Source: Vicugna vicugna | Lineage: Eukaryota | Direction: 5' to 3' | NCBI GenBank assembly: GCA_013265495.1 | Contig: MU057560.1 | Location: 1,843,664-1,901,993, forward strand | Length of the DNA stretch: 58,330 nucleotides | Translations under genes and position numbers: made by a program | Shown: positions 38,406 to 49,836 of the stretch, in pieces | Numbering within the stretch: position 1 is the first letter of the stretch | Layout of the letters: every line of letters begins with the position of its first letter | Notes under the pieces: model-generated | Told to the model about the DNA's origin: nothing | Databases searched by the model: none | The model's input: only the letters and a program-made list of their open reading frames with translations

Positions 38406-40014
38406 TAATTAAGTAAATAAATATTTTTAAAAGAAGAGAAATAATTCATTGAACTGTTTAATCCTGTGAATTACACGGAAGCAACTCACTTAATACAGAT
38501 AGGTTGTGCGCTGCTGTAACGGGGCTTTCCCCGGGGGGGGAGCCTGGATTCAGCTCTAGAACACCTGGTTTTAGTCCAGGTTCCGTCACCAACGAGCCAC
38601 CTAACTCTGTCCACGTCACTTAAACTTCCCTGAATTCTTTACTCATCTTTCAAGTGACAGAGAGTAAGACCCGCTCTCCCTCACACGGTTCCCATGTTTC
38701 CATTTTCCCAGAGGAGAGCAGAGGCAGGCAAGTGCGCCGAGAACAGCCATGCCCACTCTGCGCTCAGAGAGAGGAAAGACGGGGAAGGCCATGAGGACGG
38801 ATATGACCCCGGGATGCACGGTGTGACATGGGGACACTGCAGGCCCAGCCAAGTGACTAGGGCCGCACGTAAATTCGCCAGCACAGAGGGCTCACCCGCA
38901 GAACACAGACGCATTTAGCACCTGCTGTCTCGTCAGAGCATTTATTCTAGAACAATGCAAACCATGACAGCAATCCACAAAAGACAAGTCTTTTCGCTCA
39001 GTAAGTATTATATTAGCTCGGAATCCTGGGTGCCGCCCCTGAAGCACAAAGCAGGTAAACTGTGGCGCAGTAAGCAGCAGCGAGCAGTGAGGGGTGATGG
39101 AGAGGCACGTGGTCAGGTGAGCAGTCCTGGTAACAGGAGCGAGGCAGCCCAGAGCGACTGACAGGCCCCCGTCCTGGGACTGGCAGCTCTCTGTCCTCAC
39201 GGGACGGCAGGGCTCGGCTCTGAACTCCAGGTGCTCAGATGGGCCCCTCGTGGGAACAGCAGGTTTCCTGGACCACATCTCGTGTTTTGGTCAAAGCTCC
39301 TGGTGGTGGTCTAACGCTGGCTAACGATGCTGGCTACACCACAGATGCGCGTCCATGAAAATACTACGTATGAAAGACGACAGTCACCAGCCACTCTTAG
39401 GGAGAGACGTCTTCCCCCAAGGAGAGGGGCGCGGTGGTGACCATCAAGCACCCCGAGCCTCCACACTGTGCGCCACACGGCTTGCCCCCCAACACCAAGG
39501 TGGCACTCCTGTCGCCGCTGGAAGCCATACACATTCTTGGAAGCTTCCCGGAGGTAAATATTAAAGAGGTGGAGGCTGTGTGTAACTCCACGTCATGAAC
39601 AGTCATGACGGCTCTATGCGGTTCCACCCCAACGCCCGGCTGCAGTGATGAAAAAGCCGGAGGACGTAAGGTCTGCGGATAGGAGTGGGTTGAACACCGA
39701 TGACAAAGACATGATGGAATGTGCTGCAGCCACACAGTCACTGTGGGACAAGCGGTGACCCTAGGGGGGTCCTTCACTATGTGAAGCTATCGCGACACAG
39801 TTAATAGAACGCAGATAAGAAAACAGTGCGTGTAGATGGACTGCACTTCTGCAGATGTGCATGTGTGTGTACACGTGTGTCTGTGCATACAGACCTCTGC
39901 TCCCTGCGCAGAGAAAAACAGCTAGAAATGGCGATGACGAGATGCAGAATGGGACGTTTGAGAGGCAGGACTGTGGTTCTCACTCTCATCATTGAGCTTT
40001 GCCGCCTGGCACAC

Positions 40015-40512
40015 TTGAATTGAAGTGTAGCTGATTCGCAAGGTTGTGTTAGTTTCTGGTGCACAGCACGGTGATTCAGGCACACGTGTATACACATACT
40101 CTTTTTCAGGTTACTTTTCATTGTAGGTTATTACAAAATGTCCAATATAGTTCCCTGTGCTCTGCAGTAGGTCCTTGTTGTTTGTCTGTTTTATATACAG
40201 TAGTTTGTATCTGCTAATCTCAGACGCCTAATTTATCCCTCCCTCCCCCATTTTCCCCCTGGTAACTGTAAGTTTCTCTCTGAGGCTGTTTCTGTTTTGT
40301 AAATAAGTTCATTTGTCTCCTTTTTTTTTAATTCCACATATAAGTGATATCGTGTGGTATTTGTCTCTCTCTGACTTATTTCACTTAGTATGAGGATTTC
40401 TAGGTCCATCCACGTTGCTGCAAATGGCACTATTTCATTCTTTTTCGTGGCTGAGTAGTATTCCAGAGTGAGTGAGTGTGTGTGTGTGTGTGTGACACCA
40501 CATCTTTATCCA
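40015..40512 (-). mobile_element. 5'-truncated L1 (ORF2 end + 3'UTR)
   Basis: ORF 40233-40430 MPFAATWMDLEILILSEISQ; homologous to the 15551-16209 copy. Confidence 0.9.
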
Positions 40513-42067
40513 ACCATCCTGCACAGCATTTTTGACATTTTTCTCGGCAAGAACTACTTTTACAATCAGATTTTTTAAATGAAAAGAGAGTAAATTCCAA
40601 AAGAAAACTACAAAACTCTTTGGGCAACTCTAGTCCCATTGGTATGAGCCTGGCAATCTAGTGCTGCCTTTGGGAGGTGGGGGCTCTGGTGGGCTCCTCC
40701 AGCTCTGACTCAGCGTCACCTAACCTGTCTGATCACAGCGTCCTCAACTAGAAAATGGGGAGTTTTGAGAAGATAAGCCAGAAGCTTCCTTCCTGTCCTA
40801 AAATGCTAATTGTTACCTTATAATAACATCTTATTTTTTTAAATCACTGAAAGGTACGGAGGAAACAGAGACTCCAGCTTGAACAGATACCTCAAGGGGT
40901 ACTTCTCAGAAGTGTTGCGTGGCCCCTCTCCTCGCCCCACCTGGAGGGGTGCCTGCAGGTACCCAGGTGTTGAGGATAATCATACACCATTTCCTCTCTC
41001 TTTTTTAAGGCAGCCCTGAAGTTCAGTGACTGCCAGAATTGCTTTCTCATTGGAAACCTGCCCTCCCGCTCCTGGCAAGTTACCATCTAAGGTGGGTAAG
41101 CAATAAATCTGAGTTGATTTATCACACAGTCGTAAAGGGCAGACACGAAGGAAGCAGCTAAACGCTCCCGTGGGCTGGTGCCTGTGGTCAATGCCAGAGC
41201 CCCTCAGCATCCTTTCCTGGAGCACGGGCTGGAGTTCAAGGACACAGAGAGGCCCCACTTCTTTAAGACGTGGGGGAGGAGAACCGGCACTTACCCAGCG
41301 CGGGCACGTGACCGCCACTTCATCCCGCAATCCTCACAGCAATCCTCTAAGACAGAGTCTCATCTCCTTTTCACAGAGGGGAGAACTGAACAGCAAAACC
41401 ATCACTAAGACAGGCAGATGCTCTAAAAGCAGCTCACCTTTGAAACACTCCACAAAGAGTCCATTCATAAAATAAAAAAGTACAAAGCATCTTGCATTCT
41501 AAGTATCACCAGGCCATCTCGCTCAAACCTGGTGATTTCTGTTACTTATTAAAAGGTGGATCTCTTTTAACTTACATGTGAAATGGGTTTTTTGGTTAAG
41601 AACCAAGTGATCTGAATGGAGTGATGGATGGTTCCATCCTGCAGACCCTTCAAAAGTCTACTAAGAACAAAAATGTTGCGAGCATGGAGCAGATCTTTAG
41701 AACTACAGTTAGCTTCAACACTGTGTAACCTAAACTAACTTTACCTGACACCCATCTTTCCAAATCCCCAAAACAAAGGGGATGTGAGAAGTCTTAGTGA
41801 ATGGCCGCACGCTGTGTCTCGGGAGACTCTCTCCCTGATGTGGGCTCGGGCCGTTCTCACCGGCTCCCATCATCCTGGTGACGCATGTGCTTTGACAGGC
41901 AGGATAACCTTGCACAGCGGTTTCCGGCTTCAAGAGCAACATGCCTTCACAGGCATTCCCTACAAAATGCTGTTTTTATAAAACTTCCATTATTCAATAC
42001 TGACATTTTAATTTTTACCAAATCATCCAGTTTGTCCCATCTTTAGCAGTTAGGAGTGAACACTTAC

Positions 42068-42119
42068 TTCCTTCAACTTTCTCATCTTTGCAGGTTTTCT
42101 GGGAACTATATGGATATAA
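42068..42119 (-). CDS. DCDC2C: DCDC2C exon 2 (52 nt): (D)YIHIVPRKPAKMRKLKE
   Basis: ttctttcttcttttgcag| acceptor with CTAAT branch point; GAA|gtaagt donor; phase fits exon 1 (GA+T = Asp). Confidence 0.92.
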
Positions 42120-42161
42120 CTGCAAAAGAAGAAAGAAAAACCTAATTAGCAGGTAAATACT

Positions 42162-42305
42162 GGGGGGAGGGCATAGCTCAAGTGGTAGAGCGCAGGCCTA
42201 GCCTGCCTGAGGCCCTGGGTTCAATCCCCAGTACCTCCACTGAAAAACCAAACAAATAAATAAACCAAATTACCTCCCCCCTGCAAAAACAAAAACAAAA
42301 AAAGG
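42162..42305 (+). mobile_element. tRNA-derived SINE (Vic-1-like), antisense to DCDC2C, just upstream of the exon 2 branch point
   Basis: gggagggcatagctcaagtggtagagcgc...ggttcaatccccagtacctcc; tail aattacctccccc; TSD core aggtaaat at 42151 and 42307. Confidence 0.9.
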
Positions 42306-43399
42306 AAGGTAAATCTTGGAAAATTTGAGCCTCTTTAGGAAGGACTCCTTTCCAGCATTCCAACATACAACTCCACAGCAACTTAAAATTAAAATCAAGA
42401 GCACCATAAATGCTCAGGAAAATGTTCACACTGGCCACCACTGGCATTACCCAGGAAAACAGACCTTAAGTGTCACTGCCTTCCCTCAGACAATGTTCCT
42501 AATCAGAGAAGGACCTTGGAGGTTGACCAAAGAGGGGGCCTTTCGCAGGTCACTAACAGCTCGTCCAGGGTCCCACCACTGGCCAAGGTCAGAGCAGAGT
42601 CCCAGATGCCTCACCCAGCTCCCTCTCCCCTCTACTGTCCCCTCTTGTCCCACAGAACGTCATCACTGTCCCCATTCTGCCAAACTGAATGCTGGAAAAG
42701 AACCACCAGAATTAAATGCATCTGAGTCCCACTAGTACTACTTTTGACCCTTGGGGACGTTGGGAGAGCCTTCCATATGCTTCAAAAATCAAACAAGTAT
42801 TTTTAATGATAACAAATAATCCCTCAAGATTTATGTCTGTTAAGGTTAATCCCTGATTTAAAACAATTGTTATGTCTTTGAGACTGCTGTTGCGGGTGAT
42901 GGTTTTAGCCCTAGTCAGAGAAGGACTAAGATTTGATAGATGGAAGGAAAAAGAAATTTGTAAGTGTTCAATACATAGTCAAGGGTCACAAGCGCCAATG
43001 CCTACAGAGGCCGGGGAGGCAAACGACGGTGCTTGGGAAGGGTGTATTAGGGAACGGTGGGGACTGTGGCTAGCAGGAGTGAGGTCCCACGGGAGGTGTG
43101 CGGTGCTCATACTCCAGGGCCCCGTTTTCCTGTGGAAATGCAGGCAACTAAAAACTAAGTCCCCTGAACAATCAAATCTTCTCTCTTTTAAATGGAAACC
43201 AAAATTTCCTATCACATGAATAACCCCCTTATAAAACGTTGCAGCCTGGAGCTGAAGACCTTAAGTCCTTGCTTTCTGCCTGTTGACCAGATAACTAGAA
43301 CTATCTGCATTATCTATGCTGCAACGGGTTTTTATTATTTTTATCTAAAGACACCTCTTTTTGGTAATGACAAAGGTGTTAAAAAAAAAGAAGCCTTGA

Positions 43400-43550
43400 G
43401 TAGGGAGACACAGTGCAGAGGTAGGGTGCACGCCTAGCAAGCGTGTGGTCCTCGGGTCAATCCCCAGCGCCACCATTAAAAAGAAATAAATGAACAGAGA
43501 CCTAATTACCTCCCCCTCAACAGTAAATAAATAAAAAGTTTTTTTAATTA
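43400..43550 (+). mobile_element. Diverged tRNA-derived SINE
   Basis: Degenerate head, gggtcaatccccag B box, cctaattacctccccc tail. Confidence 0.8.
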
Positions 43551-43671
43551 AAAAAATGCCTGATTTTTCTCAATATACCTTTAAAGGTTTTTGTTTCATA
43601 TCTAGTCAAGTTGAGATTTTTAAGGACTTCATTTTTAATTTGTAATAGAAGTTTACAGCTTGACTTTTTTT

Positions 43672-44402
43672 AAGTGTATGATTTTTATTTTTATTTTTTA
43701 ACATTTTTTATTGAGTTATAGTCATTTTACAATGTTGTGTCAAATTCCAGTGTAGAGCATAATTTTTCAGTTCTACGTGAACATACATATTTTCATTGTC
43801 ACATTTTTTTTTTGCTGTGAGCTACCACAAGATCTTGTATATATTTCCCTGTGCTATACAGTATAATCTTGTTTATTCTGCATACACCTGTCAGATCTAT
43901 AAATTTTGAACTCCCGGTCTGTCCCTTCCCACCCCCCTCCCCCTTGGCAACCATAAGTTTGTATTCTATGTCTATGAATCTGTTTCTGTTTTGTATTTCA
44001 GCTCATTTTTTTTTTAGATTCCACATATGAGCGATCTCATATGGTATTTTTCTTTCTCTTTCTGACTTACTTCACTTAGAACGACATTCTACACGGACAT
44101 CCATGTTGCTGCAAATGGCGTTATGTTGTCGGTTTTTATGGCTGAGTAGTATTCCACTGTATAAATATACCACATCTTCTTTATCCAGTCATCTGTTGAC
44201 GGACATTTAGGTTGTTTCCATGTCTTGGCTATTGTAAACAGTGCTGCTATGAACACTGGGGTGCAGGTGTCATCCTGAAGTAGGGTTCTTTCTGGACATA
44301 TGCCCAGGAGCGGGATTCCTGGGTCATATGGTAAGTTTATTTCTAGTCTTTTGAGGAATCTCCATACTGTTTTCCACAATGGCTGCACCAAACTGCATTC
44401 TG
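43672..44402 (-). mobile_element. Young 5'-truncated L1 (~730 bp)
   Basis: Open ORF2 C-terminus [19 protein letters not shown]...PKCPSTDDWIKKMWYIYTVEYYSAIK; 16-bp TSD cagcttga(c/t)ttttttt at 43656-43671 and 44403-44418. Confidence 0.95.
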
Positions 44403-45039
44403 CAGCTTGATTTTTTTTCAAACAAGTCAACAAACTGCAAGCACCTGTTAATGATGTTCTTAAATTAAAAAAAAAAATTTGCAGCCAATGCAAAGCTGAA
44501 AACTGAGGGACCCAAACAGCCTGCAAATCTCCCGCTCGCCGCCTTGGCTTCCCAGCCCTCCCAGGCATGCTCCTGCTGGCCTTCAAATAGGTATTCCAGT
44601 TCTAGATCCCCAAATTCCACAGCAGGTCATGAGCACAAGCCCCCCCAAATGAGACAGCTTATTATCATTAAAAAAAACCAAAAGGTAGAAGATTAATTTT
44701 AAAATTAAGGCATAAAAAGATCGAAAATCACAAAATGCTCTTTATTGTTTCGATGCTGCCTTCCAAAGAGCCCAGGAACGGCGCGGAAAGAGGGAACAGG
44801 ACCTCCCTCAGAGATCCAGCGGACCCGAGCCTTTACACCAGGTGCTCAGAAGAGGTAGTTCCGGTTGGACTTAGGTTTCCTTGGGGGTGGGGTGGGGGGT
44901 GAGCAGCACAAATGAGAAGCAGACACGAGACGCTGATGTGTGATGTCCCTCCTTGCTGCTTCTGGAGAATAAAGGGAAGGAAGAAACCAACCGCTAGAAT
45001 CAAGCCGGGCATTTTAAAGCACTGCATTCATTTCATTCT

Positions 45040-45175
45040 CAGAACATCTCACTGGAGTAGATATTAACTGGTCCCATTTTATTGATGAGGAAACTGAGTC
45101 TCAGCAAGGTTATTTAATTTGCTAAATGCTCCCAGATGGGAAAAGCCATATTCAATTCACCCCAGGTCTTCGGCT
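45040..45175 (-). mobile_element. MIR SINE fragment
   Basis: cccattttattgatgaggaaactgagtctcagcaaggttatttaatttgc (MIR core). Confidence 0.75.
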
Positions 45176-45213
45176 CCAGGACCACATTCCTCTTCTCTGG
45201 CGTGGCTGCCTCG

Positions 45214-45411
45214 CCAGAGACTCCCCCCTTTGCCTGTTACCCACTAGTCCTCGGGTACAAATGGGTGGTAAGGACACTAGAAGTAAAGCTGGGGTGTCAA
45301 CGAGCTTCTACAGTTTGATTTAAATACCGCTTCCACTTTGCATCTCAACAACAAATTCCAGGGTAAATAGGAAAAATTCCTACTAGAATTCAAATTCTTT
45401 GCAGGTCTCCC

Positions 45412-45452
<41 letters not shown>

Positions 45453-47056
45453 GAATTCAAATTCTTTGTGGGTCTCCCCAAACACACACACACACACAAA
45501 CACACAATCACACAATGCCCTGATCTACATTTTGTTTTGAATACAACTTTCCTCACACAAAAAAAATCATAAATTCTAGGCTTTATGGGACATTTATTTT
45601 TTTAAGTAATTATTAGCCTATAATACTTTGTTTTATAGAGAAAAAATTATGTTCCTCATCTCAAATTAATTTATTCCAGCAAATGTGGGAAATGTTTGAA
45701 TAATGATTGGCTCAGGGGTAGATTTTAACGGTATTTGTCTTCTCGATGTACCATCTCACAGCCATTATCCTGAGAAGACTCCGGGACGGGTAATATATCA
45801 CCAGGTTTCACTTCAACGTTCATCTGCTGGCGGCACAATCAGGAGCTTATTTGCTGGTGAAAATTAATTTTAACCGCTCAACGGCTCCGTAATTACAGAA
45901 CATACATCCTGACAGGTGCCAGCTTACCGATACCAGCACAAACCCAGCCAGAATCATTTTCAGAGTTTTATTCACCGAAGTCTGGATTCTGATTTCATAC
46001 TTCACTGACTTAAAAAGAAGTGAAGAAAATGAAACCCAAATGCCTCTCCGTGTCGATCTCCACATGCAAACATCACCCATCTGTTCTGTGGCCATGAAGG
46101 TGCCTGGAAAATGCAAAGTAACAGGGACTCTCCGCCACGTGGGAGCCCCACCTCCCCCGCCTGCTCAGCGAACTAAGTCGCGTTTCCTTCCCTGCAGAAC
46201 ATAATCATCGATGTTCAGAAACCTGAGAAAATAAACACCTCAGTCTTTCTCCGTACTTCCGCCACACGTCCAGAACATTTTAAATAAACCCTGAAAATCT
46301 CTCTGCCAAATCAGAGGTCTCACGGTCTCCTAGAAAACGCCTCAACCCACAGGAAAGAGGAAAGACTGGCACCTGCTGATCACGGTCCAGGCGCAATGGG
46401 CGATGCTCCGCGAGCCTCCTCCCTCATCCGCTCCCAGATAAAACACACGTCACTCTTACAAGGGAACGTTTTGGGGGGAAGATTAAATACTTTTCATCGC
46501 ACATATGTTGAAAAGGATTTTAAAATCAATTTTTGTAGAAACATATTCTTTCGTGACTGTGAGACCACAAGACCAGATGCTGCTGGGAAATCAGTATCCA
46601 GCCTGTTCACGTCCTCACTCTCTCGGGGGGCCTCCTTTATAAGAGCACTAATCCCACGAGAGGCTCCACCCTCATGACCTCATCACCTCCAGAGGCCGCA
46701 CCTCCTGACACCATTAAAAAGGAAGGTCGGGTCGCTNNNNNNNNNNNNNNNNNNNNNNNNNNNNNNNNNNNNNNNNNNNNNNNNNNNNNNNNNNNNNNNN
46801 NNNNNNNNNNNNNNNNNNNNNNNNNNNNNNNNNNNNNNNNNNNNNNNNNNNNNNNNNNNNNNNNNNNNNNNNNNNNNNNNNNNNNNNNNNNNNNNNNNNN
46901 NNNNNNNNNNNNNNNNNNNNNNNNNNNNNNTGACCTCCAGTCGGGAAGGAACTCGGGTGAGGACCAGGCCAAGGCCTGTGTTTTCCTAAAACAGGCAACA
47001 CAGGCCTTGAGACCGTTAGAAATATTTCAGGAGAAATTTCTTATGAACCTAACCTG
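45214..47056 (+). repeat. Copy 1 of a near-identical direct duplication (copy 2 starts at 47731); interrupted and bounded by N-gaps 46737-46930 and 47057-47730
   Basis: Roughly 99% identical over 45214-46608 vs 47731-49071; identical 89-aa chance ORFs at 45847 and 48308. Confidence 0.95.
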
Positions 47057-47730
47057 NNNNNNNNNNNNNNNNNNNNNNNNNNNNNNNNNNNNNNNNNNNN
47101 NNNNNNNNNNNNNNNNNNNNNNNNNNNNNNNNNNNNNNNNNNNNNNNNNNNNNNNNNNNNNNNNNNNNNNNNNNNNNNNNNNNNNNNNNNNNNNNNNNNN
47201 NNNNNNNNNNNNNNNNNNNNNNNNNNNNNNNNNNNNNNNNNNNNNNNNNNNNNNNNNNNNNNNNNNNNNNNNNNNNNNNNNNNNNNNNNNNNNNNNNNNN
47301 NNNNNNNNNNNNNNNNNNNNNNNNNNNNNNNNNNNNNNNNNNNNNNNNNNNNNNNNNNNNNNNNNNNNNNNNNNNNNNNNNNNNNNNNNNNNNNNNNNNN
47401 NNNNNNNNNNNNNNNNNNNNNNNNNNNNNNNNNNNNNNNNNNNNNNNNNNNNNNNNNNNNNNNNNNNNNNNNNNNNNNNNNNNNNNNNNNNNNNNNNNNN
47501 NNNNNNNNNNNNNNNNNNNNNNNNNNNNNNNNNNNNNNNNNNNNNNNNNNNNNNNNNNNNNNNNNNNNNNNNNNNNNNNNNNNNNNNNNNNNNNNNNNNN
47601 NNNNNNNNNNNNNNNNNNNNNNNNNNNNNNNNNNNNNNNNNNNNNNNNNNNNNNNNNNNNNNNNNNNNNNNNNNNNNNNNNNNNNNNNNNNNNNNNNNNN
47701 NNNNNNNNNNNNNNNNNNNNNNNNNNNNNN

Positions 47731-47928
47731 CCAGAGACTCCCCCCTTTGCCTGTTACCCACTAGTCCTCGGGTACAAATGGGTGGTAAGGACACTAGAAG
47801 TAAAGCTGGAGTGTCAACGAGCTTCTACAGTTTGATTTAAAAACCACTTCCACTTTGCATCTCAACAACAAATTCCAGGGTAAATAGGAAAAATTCCTAC
47901 TAGAATTCAAATTCTTTGCAGGTCTCCC

Positions 47929-47971
<43 letters not shown>

Positions 47972-49497
47972 ACACAATGCCCTGATCTACATTTTGTTTT
48001 GAATACAACTTTCCTCACACAAAAAAATCATAAATTCTAGGCTTTATGGGACATTTATTTTTTTAAGTAATTATTAGCCTATAATACTTTGTTTTATAGA
48101 GAAAAAATTATGTTCCTCATCTCAAATTAATTTATTCCAGCAAATGTGGGAAATGTTTGAATAATGATTGGCTCAGGGGTAGATTTTAACGGTATTTGTC
48201 TTCTCGATGTACCGTTTCACAGCCATTATCCTGAGAAGACTCCGGGACGGGTAATATATCACCAGGTTTCACTTCAACGTTCATCTGCTGGCGGCACAAT
48301 CAGGAGCTTATTTGCTGGTGAAAATTAATTTTAACCGCTCAACGGCTCCGTAATTACAGAACATACATCCTGACAGGTGCCAGCTTACCGATACCAGCAC
48401 AAACCCAGCCAGAATCATTTTCAGAGTTTTATTCACCGAAGTCTGGATTCTGATTTCATACTTCACTGACTTAAAAAGAAGTGAAGAAAATGAAACCCAA
48501 ATGCCTCTCCGTGTCGATCTCCACATGCAAACATCACCCATCTGTTCTGTGGCCATGAAGGTGCCTGGAAAATGCAAAGTAACAGGGACTCTCCGCCACG
48601 TGGGAGCCCCACCTCCCCCGCCTGTTCAGCGAACTAAGTCGCGTTTCCTTCCCTGCAGAACATAATCATCGATGTTCAGAAACCTGAGAAAATAAACACC
48701 TCAGTCTTTCTCCGTATTTCCGCCACACGTCCAGAACATTTTAAATAAACCCTGAAAATCTCTCTGCCAAATCAGAGGTCTCACGGTCTCCTAGAAAACA
48801 CCTCAACCCACAGGAAAGAGGAAAGACTGGCAACTGCTGATCACGGTCCAGGCGCAATGGGCAATGCTCCGCGAGCCTCCTCCCTCATCCGCTCCAGGAT
48901 AAAACACACGTCACTCTTACAAGGGAACGTTTTGGGGGGGGGAGATTAAATACTTTTCATCGCACATATGTTGAAAAGGATTTTAAAATCAATTTTTGTA
49001 GAAACATATTCTTTCGTGACTGTGAGACCACAAGACCAGATGCTGCTGGGAAATCAGTATCCAGCCTGTTCGGGCTACGATAACAAAAACATCCCAGCCT
49101 GGGGCCAGGGCTTAAACAGCAGACATTCACCTCTCACAGCTCTGGAGGCTGGAAGTCAGAGATCAAGGTGCTGATGGATTCAGTGTCTGCTGCGGGCCCG
49201 CCTCCTGGATCACAGACAGCATCACCTTGCTGCGTCCTCACTCGGAGCTCTCGGGGGCCTCCTTTATAAGGGCACTAATCCCATGAGAGGCTCCACCCTC
49301 ATGACCTCATCACCTCCAGAGGCCGCACCTCCTGACACCATTAAAAAGGGAGGTCGCTCGCTTGCCATCTGTTTCTACAAGGATCAAGCCGTTAGCCACT
49401 GCAGTGGCTGACCTCCAGCGCACTTGGGAAGGAACTCGGGTGAGGACCAGGCCTTGAGACAGTTAGAAATATTTCAGGAGAAATTTCTTATGAACCT
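47731..49497 (+). repeat. Copy 2 of the duplication
   Basis: Begins exactly at a gap edge; matches 45214-47050 with several indels. Confidence 0.95.
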
Positions 49498-49836
49498 GGA
49501 TTCTTGCACCTTTCCATACTTAGTAAAGCACTAGCACTGTTGACTGAGATGTCTTCTCGTGACTAGCAGCCCCTCTACTGAGACGGATGCTCGAGTGCAC
49601 GAACGCCTTCACCAAATCACACGGGGAATGTCTTCCTCCCCAACCCCTCAGAGAAGTTCCGCGGGGCTGTCTGAGCAGCCGTCTCCTGGGCCACATCCTC
49701 AGTAAGACACTGAATAAACTCAACTCACAACCCCTACGTTGTGCATTTTTTCGCAAATTGACACCATCACATGGGGGAAGGCGGTTCAGTTTCAACATAC
49801 GAATTTCAGAAGGACACAGACATTCAGTGTGTAGCA
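49057..49836 (-). mobile_element. MaLR LTR (MLT1A-like), split into 49057-49341 and 49764-49836 by a nested insertion
   Basis: ctcacagctctggaggctggaagtcagagatcaaggtg...ctttataagggcactaatccc...ctcatgacct; resumes ccatcacatggggg...tttcaacatacgaattt...gacacagacattcag...tagca. Confidence 0.85.
49342..49763 (+). mobile_element. Solo ERV-type LTR (~422 bp) nested in the MLT1A-like element
   Basis: 4-bp TSD CCAT (49338-49341, 49764-49767); ends in ...TTGACA; AATAAA at 49713 about 45 nt from the 3' end. 5' end reads TA rather than the canonical TG. Confidence 0.75.
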
